Shown here in pieces: positions 16,737-26,824 of a stretch of DNA of 64,000 nt. The translations under genes were made by a program, and so were the position numbers. Under the pieces are notes generated by a model. It worked only from the letters and a program-made list of their open reading frames with translations, did not search any database and had not been told where the DNA came from. This DNA comes from Minisyncoccia bacterium. Its GTDB lineage: Bacteria; Patescibacteriota; Minisyncoccia; Phycocordibacterales; UBA6065. Within the stretch, counting starts at the first letter, position 1. Every line of letters starts with the position of its first letter. The DNA lies in assembly GCA_044233485.1 (NCBI GenBank), contig JBIIJY010000001.1:16701-80700 (forward strand), written 5' to 3'.

Positions 16737-18479
16737 TTAATTGCCTAACACTTTCGCTTTAGTCAGATCTCCAAAATACCCTATCGCAGGATAAATTCCT
16801 TTGCTCTTTTGATACTGTATGAGTGCAGCTCGGGTTTTTTCGCCAAAAAATTCTGTCTCACTACCCGGCGAGCCGGCGCCAGTAGCTGAGATGACGAATC
16901 CTTGTGAGTTTAAAAATGTTTGTAAAGTCTTAACATCACTTCCTCGAGCACCTAGAGAAAGATGGCGACTAAATGAATTCATACTGATCGGTGTCACCAC
17001 TGTGACTACTGGTACCTGCGGCATCACCACTTGAGATGGTGTTTGAACGCTTGGACGAGGACTTGCCTGACGCCGACTCGCCGATCCAGAAGAAGGACGA
17101 GGACACACGCTTGTCGTGAATGTAACCTCATCACTGTAAGCTATTCCGACTTCGTTTTGAGCAAATGAAGCACTGTGGTATGTGGTACCGCAGTTCAGAT
17201 CAGTGAGTACTGTACTGAAATCCCCTCCAGAGAAACTTCCGAGAGTCGAGCTGGTTGCCGTATAGATGTTTGTCAGACCGTACACAAACCCTCGCGCTGT
17301 GACTGTAGTGCTTCCTGTATGAGTAATACTTCCAGCAAGTTGTGCACTTGAGCCGGTAATCGAACCCGCTGCAGACTGAGTGACCGTCGGTAGACTGATC
17401 GTCTCCAAAGTAAACGTACGATCATCACTATACCCTATCCCTTCTGTACTACTTGCATACGCCCTAAAGTGATAGGTCGCCCCCGGTGTGAGACCATTCA
17501 CGAGTCCCATAAAAGCACCTGTACTGAAAGTTCCTGCCTCAGTAGTCGTTGCCCCGTACGCAGTGGTAAGCCCGTACACAAACCCTCGCACAGTCGGCGA
17601 AACAGCTCCCGTAGCTGTTATCTCGCCCGGCAAAGTTGCAGTACTTGTTGAAAACGAACTCACCTGACTTGTCGTCAGTTCTGGAATAGAGACACCAGTA
17701 TAAAGCTCCCTGACGTTTGTCTCACTGAGTACTCGAGTGTAAAAACGGGTATCATCAAAGCTTCCATCAAACGGATCTCCTGTCCGATCATCTCCGACAA
17801 CCATCGGCGCATTCGAAACCGAAGATCCTTGCAAGTGAAAATTACCACTATTAGCTGTGAATGACTGTAGCTGACCATCAACATATATCTTTGTTCCTTC
17901 CACTGTATGCGTACCATCATACGTTAAAACAACATGATGCCACCCAGGTGTTACGTACGCAGGAGTATCGGCGGTACAACCAAAAAGAAATGTTGGACCA
18001 GCTCCGATAACGATAAACCCAAGTGTTGCAAACGTCGCCGGACACCCACCACCACCGATCACTCCGAATCCAAGCACAACACCAGGCCCAGAACCACTCT
18101 GAAGGTTTCCAAAAAATGAATCTGGAGCTGTTTGAGAGTTTGTCTTGTACCAAGTCGAGTAACTAAACGGTTCCGTCTTTTCAAAATCAAATGTCGAGAG
18201 ACTGTTGGTAATTTCTATATAATCATTCACACCATCAAATGTCACCGCGTCGCCGTAGACACCAGCAGTCGTCGAAGTCGCACTCCCACTAAGTTTTAGA
18301 AAGCCAGTGTGCCCATTGCCGGAACTATCAACAACATTCTGTGCTCCGCCAAGTCCGTCATACGTCCAATGCAAGAGCAGATCCTGACTGGTATCTGCCC
18401 AGAGCGACACTGGAAAAAGGATACAGGCAAACCCCACCAAGAAGCATATACGAAAGTGTTTTATAACATACTGATACAT
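16737..18479 (-). CDS. Secreted LamG-like plus FN3-like protein with peptidoglycan-binding tail
   Basis: DSSGNG..G, FDG.NDY, WHHV..TYDG, F.G..DD.R.Y.R.L; TY..RAYA; L..G.RG.DV..LQ.FLN. Confidence 0.88.
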   Translation of the reverse strand: MYQYVIKHFRICFLVGFACILFPVSLWADTSQDLLLHWTYDGLGGAQNVVDSSGNGHTGFLKLSGSATSTTAGVYGDAVTFDGVNDYIEITNSLSTFDFEKTEPFSYSTWYKTNSQTAPDSFFGNLQSGSGPGVVLGFGVIGGGGCPATFATLGFIVIGAGPTFLFGCTADTPAYVTPGWHHVVLTYDGTHTVEGTKIYVDGQLQSFTANSGNFHLQGSSVSNAPMVVGDDRTGDPFDGSFDDTRFYTRVLSETNVRELYTGVSIPELTTSQVSSFSTSTATLPGEITATGAVSPTVRGFVYGLTTAYGATTTEAGTFSTGAFMGLVNGLTPGATYHFRAYASSTEGIGYSDDRTFTLETISLPTVTQSAAGSITGSSAQLAGSITHTGSTTVTARGFVYGLTNIYTATSSTLGSFSGGDFSTVLTDLNCGTTYHSASFAQNEVGIAYSDEVTFTTSVCPRPSSGSASRRQASPRPSVQTPSQVVMPQVPVVTVVTPISMNSFSRHLSLGARGSDVKTLQTFLNSQGFVISATGAGSPGSETEFFGEKTRAALIQYQKSKGIYPAIGYFGDLTKAKVLGN

Positions 18480-18582
18480 GTATAGTATCGTATCACGATA
18501 TATCCGTAGACAAGTGAAACCTTGGTTAGAGTAGCTTGATTTCTACTATTTTCTATGCTATAATAAAAAACAAGAAAGGACA

Positions 18583-18963
18583 TTGATGATGAAATTCCAA
18601 TGGCTCGGTATCGCTACTCTTCTCGGGTTGCTGTATCTCTGTCAGAATATCAAGCCTCGTACCCACGAACGCATTCCCGATGGATGCCTCGTGCGCTCGA
18701 GCAACTCAAAAGGCGTGATACGAGTGTACCGTCCTTACCCAGACGGTACTCTCGCTCCACTTTATGATCCAGATTCGACTGACCCGCAGAAGAACTGGAC
18801 AGTCATTGAGCAGATCCTGAAACAACTGTCTGCGGAGGCACCCTTCCGCTCAACTGAGATCGTGACTCATCCATTCTACCTCTTGGAGGGCAGATGGATC
18901 ATGTCGCTAGATGCGCAAGGCACTCCCTTGCCAGCTGAAGTGCTGGCAATCGTTGAACACTGA
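18583..18963 (+). CDS. Hypothetical membrane-anchored protein (paralogue of 16169-16681)
   Basis: TATAAT promoter, AAAGGA SD, downstream hairpin 18973-18999. Confidence 0.72.
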   Translation: MMMKFQWLGIATLLGLLYLCQNIKPRTHERIPDGCLVRSSNSKGVIRVYRPYPDGTLAPLYDPDSTDPQKNWTVIEQILKQLSAEAPFRSTEIVTHPFYLLEGRWIMSLDAQGTPLPAEVLAIVEH

Positions 18964-19008
18964 TTTTCAAAAAAAGGCGCGACCTCCGGTCGCGCCTTTC
19001 CTTATTCC

Positions 19009-20301
19009 CTACCGAATCTTCCACTCCGGATCTTGCCGAACAAGCAGGAGGTCTTTCCGCTCTGGCTCGAGCATTATTTCCTCTACTATCTTTTCCATAC
19101 GCACGCCCTGTGAGCCTTTTACCAAAATAATATCTCCTGGCTCAAGCATATTCTGCAAAAACTTTCCGGCCTCGAGTGACTCGTCAAACTGCAATACTCG
19201 CGCTTCATCATACCCTTGATTCATCGCTGACTCCGCGATACCACGAGCCCGAATACCGACGGTAATTATCTTTTCAGCAAACGTCGCACAGAGGATACCG
19301 ATGCGAGCGTGTTCGTCGGCTGAAAATTTACCGAGCTCAAGCATATCGCCAAGCACAACAATCTTTCTACCCTTAGCTCGAAGCTCTTTAAGCGTCTTGA
19401 GCGCAAGCTCAACAGCAACCGGTGCAGCATTGTACGAGTCGTCGATGATCAGCGAATTTTTAATGCCCGGAAGTATCCGCATACGACCACGAGGGAGTTC
19501 ATGCGTATCAAAGGCTCTGACGAGAGACTCTTTATCAATACCAAGATACTCACCGATAGCAAGCGCCGCCGCTATAGGGAAAGCGTGCTGAAGACCGAGA
19601 ATTCCTTTGAGTTTGATGTCGTAATTTTCTTTTTTATAGGCACACGATATATCCATACCTACCGGCAAGAGCTCTTCGTTGTAATCAGTCGCTACTCGCC
19701 GAATCACCACATCATTTCCACCAAGCTCACCAAACGAAATCGTCTGCGCGGAAGTCTTTTCTTTCAATTTCAAAATGTCCTCATCATCACCACCGATGAC
19801 CAGTAACCCTGAAGGCTTAAGAGCCGTAATGACATGAGTTTTCTCTGCAACCACCGCTTCGCGAGTTCCGAAATATTCAACATGCACAGGAACCTTTGCA
19901 ATTTTCGTCAAAACAGAAATATCTGGCGTCAGCCACGACATCAGCCAAGCAAGATCCCCTGGTCGATCTGCCCCGACTTCGAGCACGAGCCATTCCGGAT
20001 AGGTCGATTCAAAATAGACAAGCCAGAGACCTTTAATAAAATTGATTATCCATTTGAATGGATTGTTCCAGCCAGTCGAAAGCCCAAGAATCGTGAGCGG
20101 CACTCCAGTCTCACTGTTGAAACTTTTTTGGCTCTTGCGTACATAAAACTTTTGTGACAGCACACTATAGATAGCATCTTTGGTCGAGGTTTTGCCCACA
20201 TTACCAGTAACCGCAATGATGCGCGGTTTATAACGAGCGAGCACCTTCTTGGCTTGCCAGGTCAGAATTCGAACTACAATTTGTTTGAAATACGGTTTCA
20301 T
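19009..20301 (-). CDS. murF: UDP-N-acetylmuramoyl-tripeptide--D-Ala-D-Ala ligase
   Basis: AVTGNVGKTSTK, DDSYNA, VLGDMLELG, LVKGSQG. Confidence 0.95.
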   Translation of the reverse strand: MKPYFKQIVVRILTWQAKKVLARYKPRIIAVTGNVGKTSTKDAIYSVLSQKFYVRKSQKSFNSETGVPLTILGLSTGWNNPFKWIINFIKGLWLVYFESTYPEWLVLEVGADRPGDLAWLMSWLTPDISVLTKIAKVPVHVEYFGTREAVVAEKTHVITALKPSGLLVIGGDDEDILKLKEKTSAQTISFGELGGNDVVIRRVATDYNEELLPVGMDISCAYKKENYDIKLKGILGLQHAFPIAAALAIGEYLGIDKESLVRAFDTHELPRGRMRILPGIKNSLIIDDSYNAAPVAVELALKTLKELRAKGRKIVVLGDMLELGKFSADEHARIGILCATFAEKIITVGIRARGIAESAMNQGYDEARVLQFDESLEAGKFLQNMLEPGDIILVKGSQGVRMEKIVEEIMLEPERKDLLLVRQDPEWKIR

Positions 20302-21998
20302 CGGTCGGGTGTAACATTATAATAACTTCCAAGGAAATCAACCAGATCAGAAAATGGTATGGTCAGCGAGTGTGACGCGAAATCTACTCCCTTCGGATCG
20401 TACGCATACAGGAGAATTATAAAGCGTGGTCGAGTTGCTGGGAAGTAGCCAAAGAAGGTATGTACATATCTATCGGTGTAGTAACCACCATCAGTACTCG
20501 CCAACACCGCCGTACCTGTCTTTGCCGCCACAGTATAATGTTCTTTCTTGATTTTCCCACCTAAAAGAGCAGTATCTACGGTCGTCGTCAATACCTGCGA
20601 GATGCGGGATGATGTTTCCGGCGTCCAAATCTGCTTCCCTTTTTCTGGTGTAATATCACGGGAAATTCCAGTAATGTACTCAATCCGCTTTACAACGTGA
20701 GGTGTTGGCAAAAATCCACCATTCCCCAGCGCGGAAAGAGCACGGATCGTCGCAATCGGCGTCAGGGCAATACCGTGACCGTACGAAGCGGTTGCGTACT
20801 CAATATCACGAGGACTTTTCAAGTTGGAAACTTTTCCGAGCACTTCACCAGGAAGGTCGATACCCGTCTTTTCACCGAGTCCAAGATCAAACAGATACTG
20901 AGCAAATTTCTCTTTTCCGACTTTCTGCATCATGAAAGCTGCTCCCGTGTTAAGTGACTGATCCATCACCGTCTGCATAGTCGTCACCCCTCGAACCTTT
21001 CGATCATAGTTTCGAATCGTCGATTTATCGAGTGTCAGGAATCCTTCGTCGGTATAAGTCGTCTCCGGTGTTATCTTGTTCTCGTTCAAAGCAATCGCCA
21101 TGGTTATCGCCTTCATGATCGAGCCCATCTCCATCACACTCTCGACATTTGGATTTTGAAAAGCGGCGATATTGGCATCAGAGCGATTGTTCGGATCAAA
21201 TGAAGGATTCCCAGCCATAGCCAAAATCTCACCGGTGTACGGATCCATGATTATTCCACCAGAGAAACGCGGGGTATATTTTTTTGTAATTCCTTCAAGC
21301 TCTTCTTCGAGTCGTGCCTGCACGCCCGGCTCAATCGTCATAACAATATCCCCTTCATCATGTGAGGCCGTGATTGTTGTTCGTATTTTCCCGAACAGTT
21401 CAGCAAAAAAATTCACATACAGCGTTGAATCTGTACGAGCAAGTACTCGCTCATAGTAGCGCTCGAGGCCATATCGACCAGTCATCGTCTTTCCATCATC
21501 GCCAAAACCAATGAAACCGAGAACTTGTGAGGCGATTTTCTCTGCGGGGAATACTCGCCAGCGTTCTTTGGTGAAGATCACTCCGACAAGCTTTCGCTCC
21601 ATGAGCGGTAGCACTTTCGATTCAGGGATTCTTCGTAGCACTTCTTCATAAGGGTCGTCTTTTTTACGTGCCATTTTCAAAAAGCTTTCTTTATCAAGTT
21701 CCGGAAGTGCCTCGTGAAGCTCAGAGTATAATTTTTCTGGGTCAGTAATGAGTCGCGGGTTAAGTGCCAGTGTATATCCGCTTGAAAGACTCGCTGCTGC
21801 TATCTTCTGACCTTCTTTATCTTCAAAATAAATAGTTCCGCGCTCGAAAATCGCTCCAGTAGGACGCACGTACTGGCGATTTGCCCGATCGGTGTACTCA
21901 TCGTGACGAATGATCTGAAGGTAGTACAGTCGCACCCCATACAACGAAAAAACTCCAACAAAGAGGAGAACAATAATGCGGATTCTTTGTGAAGGCAT
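20298..21998 (-). CDS. ftsI: Class B penicillin-binding protein (FtsI/PBP3)
   Basis: GSIMK, SLN, KTGT motifs; dcw context. Confidence 0.9.
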   Translation of the reverse strand: MPSQRIRIIVLLFVGVFSLYGVRLYYLQIIRHDEYTDRANRQYVRPTGAIFERGTIYFEDKEGQKIAAASLSSGYTLALNPRLITDPEKLYSELHEALPELDKESFLKMARKKDDPYEEVLRRIPESKVLPLMERKLVGVIFTKERWRVFPAEKIASQVLGFIGFGDDGKTMTGRYGLERYYERVLARTDSTLYVNFFAELFGKIRTTITASHDEGDIVMTIEPGVQARLEEELEGITKKYTPRFSGGIIMDPYTGEILAMAGNPSFDPNNRSDANIAAFQNPNVESVMEMGSIMKAITMAIALNENKITPETTYTDEGFLTLDKSTIRNYDRKVRGVTTMQTVMDQSLNTGAAFMMQKVGKEKFAQYLFDLGLGEKTGIDLPGEVLGKVSNLKSPRDIEYATASYGHGIALTPIATIRALSALGNGGFLPTPHVVKRIEYITGISRDITPEKGKQIWTPETSSRISQVLTTTVDTALLGGKIKKEHYTVAAKTGTAVLASTDGGYYTDRYVHTFFGYFPATRPRFIILLYAYDPKGVDFASHSLTIPFSDLVDFLGSYYNVTPDR

Positions 21999-21999
21999 G

Positions 22000-22308
22000 T
22001 TATCTACCGACTTGAACGTTTTTCAAACTTGAAAGTGACTCGTACACTGGTGTTTGTACACGCGCAAGACCGATAGACTCTATTTTAGACAAACTGAACG
22101 ACGATGTCATCTTGATAAATGAGACTTCATACTCAGCGACAGTACTCTTGAGCTCCATGATCTCTCGAAGAGTTGATTTATATGAAACAACATTACGTAC
22201 AGTAAGGTTGACGAGGTATGCATAGGTGCACAAGAGGACAACCAAGAGTCCTGTGGCAGTGAACATAAATGGTTTCGATCCGAAAAATTCAAGTGTTGTT
22301 TTATGCAT
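22000..22308 (-). CDS. FtsL-like small membrane/coiled-coil protein
   Basis: TM plus coiled coil between rsmH and ftsI. Confidence 0.6.
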   Translation of the reverse strand: MHKTTLEFFGSKPFMFTATGLLVVLLCTYAYLVNLTVRNVVSYKSTLREIMELKSTVAEYEVSFIKMTSSFSLSKIESIGLARVQTPVYESLSSLKNVQVGR

Positions 22309-22313
22309 GGAAG

Positions 22314-23207
22314 TTATTTTTTAATAAGTATTCGAAGCTTGGCACTACGAGAACGAGGGTTATGTTTGATTTCGAGAGTGTTGGGAGTGATTGGTTTCTT
22401 GGTGACTGACTCAGCCAGACCAGCGTGAAGCGCCTCAAGGAAGGCGTACTTCACATACCGATCTTCAATACTATGGAACGAAATAATCGCGAGACGGCCT
22501 CCAGGTTTCAAGAGTGAAATAGCCTTGGGAAGTACCTGTTTGAGCGAGTTGATTTCGTCATTAACGGCGATTCGGAGCGCTTGAAACGTACGAGTAGCGG
22601 GATGAATTCGCCCGTATCGATACACTGCCGGAACACTTGATTCGATCACATGAACGAGATCAAAAGTTGTGTCGATGGTTTTAGTCTCGCGTCGAGCGCA
22701 GATAGCACGCGCAATCCTTCGGGCGAAGCGCTCTTCTCCAAAACCAGATAGAATATCAACGATAGAATCCTCTCCCCACTCGTTGACGATATTCCAGGCA
22801 GTGAGTTTTTCTTCCCCGCCTTCAAGCCGAAACGACATGACGAGCGGCTCATCGTATTTGAACGAAAAACCCCGTCCAGATGCTTCAAACTGATTCGAAG
22901 ACCATCCAAGATCAAGCAACATGCCATCCATGCCAGTGAGGCCGCATTTCGCCAAGTGAACATCAATATCTCTGAAGTTCCCGAGGACGGTCTGAATCGC
23001 GTAGTTTTTGGTAGCGAAAAGCTTTTCTGTTCGTGCGAGAGCATCGGAGTCAAGGTCGATTCCGATTTGCCGGACCGCATTACCTGTCCGCTCTGCTATT
23101 TCAAAACTGTGACCGCCGCCGTTGAGGGTTCCATCGACGAAGACATCTCCTGGTTTAAGAGCGAGGCCATCGATGCATTCTTCAAGAAGGACGCTGGTGT
23201 GTGCCAT
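22314..23207 (-). CDS. rsmH: 16S rRNA m4C1402 methyltransferase
   Basis: H.SVLL.E, DGTL..GGHS, HPATRTFQALRIAVN, NPRSRSAKLR. Confidence 0.97.
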   Translation of the reverse strand: MAHTSVLLEECIDGLALKPGDVFVDGTLNGGGHSFEIAERTGNAVRQIGIDLDSDALARTEKLFATKNYAIQTVLGNFRDIDVHLAKCGLTGMDGMLLDLGWSSNQFEASGRGFSFKYDEPLVMSFRLEGGEEKLTAWNIVNEWGEDSIVDILSGFGEERFARRIARAICARRETKTIDTTFDLVHVIESSVPAVYRYGRIHPATRTFQALRIAVNDEINSLKQVLPKAISLLKPGGRLAIISFHSIEDRYVKYAFLEALHAGLAESVTKKPITPNTLEIKHNPRSRSAKLRILIKK

Positions 23208-23211
23208 AGGA

Positions 23212-23646
23212 TTAGAGTATTCCTACCCCAGAAAGTCGTTCAGCCAGACTATCCGCCTGCTTTGAAAGCGACTTCTGAAGTGCTTCCCACGCGTCACTCG
23301 CCCAGATCTCTACTCGATTTGAGACACCGATAACAACAGCTGTTTCGTGTATTCCAGAACGTTCTACCAAATGACTTGGCACGAGAATACGACCAGCTCC
23401 ATCAACTTCTACTTCACTCGCCCCTCCAAGGAGGTATCGATTGAAGCTTCGAGAATCGGACGAAAGGAAAGAAGCTTCGGATAGATTCTGTGTGATTTTA
23501 TTCCACTGCGTGGTAGAAAAAACGAAAAGACATCCATCTAGCCCTGGAGTAACCACGACTCTCTTTCCGAGCTCAGTACGAAACTTCGCCGGCAATGAAA
23601 GTCGATTCTTTTGATCGATTGTGTGTCGGTACTCGCCGATTAACAT
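23212..23646 (-). CDS. mraZ: Transcriptional regulator MraZ
   Basis: MLIGEY.H.ID.KNR..LP.KFR, D..GRIL.P, R.EIW. Confidence 0.96.
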   Translation of the reverse strand: MLIGEYRHTIDQKNRLSLPAKFRTELGKRVVVTPGLDGCLFVFSTTQWNKITQNLSEASFLSSDSRSFNRYLLGGASEVEVDGAGRILVPSHLVERSGIHETAVVIGVSNRVEIWASDAWEALQKSLSKQADSLAERLSGVGIL

Positions 23647-23702
23647 AGTATTGTTTGAAACCAAAGTACTTATATATCTGGAAAGATTTCGGTTTTCAGA
23701 TA

Positions 23703-23749
23703 TCCCACAATTTCCCACCTAGATGTAATTATATTCCACTTGCTCCCAC
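23703..23749 (-). promoter_or_regulatory. MraZ-type GTGGG/GTGGA repeats around mraZ -10 (TATAAT)
   Basis: Minus strand GTGGGAGCAAGTGGAATATAAT...GTGGGAAATTGTGGGA, pairs at 10 bp spacing. Confidence 0.7.
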
Positions 23750-23828
23750 TTGAATAGTTTCTACCTGTGGATAGAACGTAAAACGCGGGGCGACCTCTGG
23801 TCGCCCCGCGTTTTATCCCCCGCCACAA

Positions 23829-24536
23829 CTATACTCTCTGATCAGTAACCAAAATTACATCTCGCAACTCAGTGATCACACCCGCCGGAAGCGCATTCGT
23901 CCCCCCACTACTTGCAAGGACACGCTCAAGCGCCTCGCGCTTTGCCTCACCTGTACAGAAAACCAGCGCATGAGTAATGTATTTTTTCATAAACGAGAAC
24001 GTAATCGAGATTCGTTCTGGAAACTGATTCTTCGTCCCAGCGTTCATTTTGCCGACAAGCTGTGCACTATTATATTCTCGAGTAAATGCCTCATCACTCA
24101 ACACTTCAGGAATAATTCCCGCAATATGGCCGTCTGGACCAATACCGAGAACAGCGATCACCACCCCTTCAGGGAACTGACGTATCCATAGATGAAGTCC
24201 TCGTTCAAAGCGCGCCCGGAACTCTTCAAACGATTCTCCTGGTAACGGCTCAGATGAAATAGCCCACGTATCACATGCAGTCGCCTCATGATAGAAATCA
24301 GTAGTCTGCAGATGAGCAAAGTTGTTATTTTCCAAATCATGAACATAGCGATCGTCGGTACAAGCCAGTGTCACATGTGTACCAAGAACCTCAGGATCTA
24401 TGAAGTTGTATACCTGGAATGAAGACCCTCCCGCCAAAAGGAGCAACACGTCTCGACCTTCATACTGCTTGAGTAGTGCCGAGAGCTCTGTCGCGGCAAT
24501 CTGAATCGGCAAAATAGTAAGTTGTTTTTTGATCAT
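23829..24536 (-). CDS. 6-phosphogluconolactonase-like protein
   Basis: LAGGSS, DDRY, LGIGPDGHIAG, ERISIT, GEAKR.AL. Confidence 0.82.
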   Translation of the reverse strand: MIKKQLTILPIQIAATELSALLKQYEGRDVLLLLAGGSSFQVYNFIDPEVLGTHVTLACTDDRYVHDLENNNFAHLQTTDFYHEATACDTWAISSEPLPGESFEEFRARFERGLHLWIRQFPEGVVIAVLGIGPDGHIAGIIPEVLSDEAFTREYNSAQLVGKMNAGTKNQFPERISITFSFMKKYITHALVFCTGEAKREALERVLASSGGTNALPAGVITELRDVILVTDQRV

Positions 24537-24777
24537 AAATACAAGCTTGAGCTTATCAAGCTTTAAGGAAAAGAAAAGGCACCCGCGTGTAAACACGCGG
24601 GTGCCGACTACGCCCTCCACCACCACTCGGTGGCTTCAAGCCCTCTGTGGGCTGGGTAGCGTCATCACAGAGGAAAGCTGCGAAATATCTACTATGCACA
24701 ATAACATGAATCTACAGACTGTCAAACGACTTTTGTGAGTAGGAAACTCCTCAGAGGTGCGATATAGTGAGACCATT

Positions 24778-26727
24778 ATGTCTTCCCCAACAGCGCAATT
24801 CCCCGTCGGTACCGTATTTGAAACAACCATCAAAGTAAACACTAAAGGAGTCGGCATGATTTTCCTCGAAGGTACTGACGAGAAAATCGAAATCGATCCA
24901 ATCAATATGCGAAAAGCCTTCCCAAACGACACGGTGGAGGTGAAAATTATCCCTGGTCTACGCTATGGAAATAGACAAGCAGAGGTAGTGCGTATCATCA
25001 AACGTAACAAAGAAGTATTTGTCGGTTCATCAATCCGTTTTGATGGACGGATGTTCATTGTGCCTGATGACCGCCGTATCTATACAAAATTCCTTCTGCT
25101 CGACCCCGCTCTCAAGGACTTCTCAACTGACTACAAAGTGCTTTTCGAAATGATTGACTGGCCGGCGACAAGTCAATACCCGATTGCTCGCATCAAAGAA
25201 GTAATCGGTAAAAAAGGACTTCACGAGACCGAGATCAAAGCAATTGTCCTTGGTCAAGGTTTTGAAATGGAACACCCAGGTGAAGTAATCCAGGAAGCGG
25301 ATAATCTCAAAAGGACCCAGTGGCCAATTCCAGCAAAGGAACTCTCTTACCGTCGCGACTTTAGAAAAGTCACGACATTTACGATTGATCCAATAGACGC
25401 TAAAGACTTCGATGACGCCATTTCTTTTGAAGATCTTGGCGGTGGAATTTTCGAGGTCGGAGTTCACATTGCTGACGTCTCTCACTACGTGCGAGAAAAA
25501 ACTGCCCTCGACCGCGAAGCCGTCAAACGAGGATTTTCAGTCTATCTCGTCGACCGGACCATTCCCATGCTCCCTGAAGTCCTCTCAAATGAGCTCTGCT
25601 CACTCAACCCCGACGAAGACCGTCTCACCTTCTCTGCCGTCTTCCGTATCGATATGAACGGCGTTATTCATGACCGCTGGTTTGGAAAGACCGTCATTCA
25701 CTCACACAAGCGCTTTACCTATGAGAACGCGCAAGAAGTACTCGATGCTAAAGCTGGCACGTTCTACCGAGAACTTGATACGCTCAACAAAATCGCCTAT
25801 AAACTCCGTGAAGAAAAATTCCGTAAGGGTGCTATCGATTTTGAGCAAGATGAGATTAAGTTCAAGCTCGATGCCAACAAAAAACCAATCGGTATTTATG
25901 TAAAAAAACGTGGCGACACTCATAAGCTCGTCGAGGAATTCATGCTTCTCGCTAACCGTGAAGTGGCTGAATACATGTTCAAAGTACTCAAAGAACATGG
26001 CGGTAAATTCCCGTTTGTGTATCGTATTCACGACATCCCCGACATTGATCGTATGGAAGAATTCCAAATCCTTGTCAAAGCCCTTGGCTACGAGCTTCCA
26101 CTCGGCAAAAAAGGTGTGGCTGTAAAAGACCTTCAAAATCTTCTCAAAGCAGTTGAAGGTACACCAGAAGAAAATCTCATCAAAACCGCCGCTGTGCGAT
26201 CAATGGCAAAAGCAATTTACAGTACGACAAATAAGGGACATTTCGGCCTTGCGTTTGATTACTACACTCACTTCACCTCACCGATCCGACGTTATGCCGA
26301 CCTTCTCGTACATCGACTCTTGTTTGAGACACTGAACAAAGAACCGATCCCTCAGGATCAGTGGTCACTCTATGAGCGTCTCTGTGAGACTGTCAGTCAG
26401 CGTGAAGTCGAAGCCTCACAAGCCGAACGAGCAAGCATCAAGTACAAGCAAGTGGAATATCTCGAGGCCAAGGTCGGTCAGACATTTGAAGGAACAATTT
26501 CAGGAGTTACTGAATGGGGTCTTTATATCGAAGAGAAAGAGAGTCGTGCCGAGGGTATGATTCGCCTCAAAGACATGACTGGCGACACCTACACCCTTAA
26601 TCCGAAAACCTTCACGATCACTGGCGAGCGAAGTGGTAAAAAACTACGCCTCGGTGACAGTGTTCGTATGCGCCTCAAGCGGGCTGATGTTGAAAACCGT
26701 ATGATCGACTGGGAAATCATTTTCTAG
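24778..26727 (+). CDS. rnr: Ribonuclease R
   Basis: TIDP.DAKDFDDA, HIADVS.YV, HFGLA...YTHFTSPIRRYADL, S1 domain. Confidence 0.96.
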   Translation: MSSPTAQFPVGTVFETTIKVNTKGVGMIFLEGTDEKIEIDPINMRKAFPNDTVEVKIIPGLRYGNRQAEVVRIIKRNKEVFVGSSIRFDGRMFIVPDDRRIYTKFLLLDPALKDFSTDYKVLFEMIDWPATSQYPIARIKEVIGKKGLHETEIKAIVLGQGFEMEHPGEVIQEADNLKRTQWPIPAKELSYRRDFRKVTTFTIDPIDAKDFDDAISFEDLGGGIFEVGVHIADVSHYVREKTALDREAVKRGFSVYLVDRTIPMLPEVLSNELCSLNPDEDRLTFSAVFRIDMNGVIHDRWFGKTVIHSHKRFTYENAQEVLDAKAGTFYRELDTLNKIAYKLREEKFRKGAIDFEQDEIKFKLDANKKPIGIYVKKRGDTHKLVEEFMLLANREVAEYMFKVLKEHGGKFPFVYRIHDIPDIDRMEEFQILVKALGYELPLGKKGVAVKDLQNLLKAVEGTPEENLIKTAAVRSMAKAIYSTTNKGHFGLAFDYYTHFTSPIRRYADLLVHRLLFETLNKEPIPQDQWSLYERLCETVSQREVEASQAERASIKYKQVEYLEAKVGQTFEGTISGVTEWGLYIEEKESRAEGMIRLKDMTGDTYTLNPKTFTITGERSGKKLRLGDSVRMRLKRADVENRMIDWEIIF

Positions 26728-26824
26728 CTCCAAACACTCCATGTTAGATGGTTGACATATAGAGTAAATATTGGTATAATTATAAATACGGTGAAAATCA
26801 ATTCATCGAGAAAGGAAAAGCACT

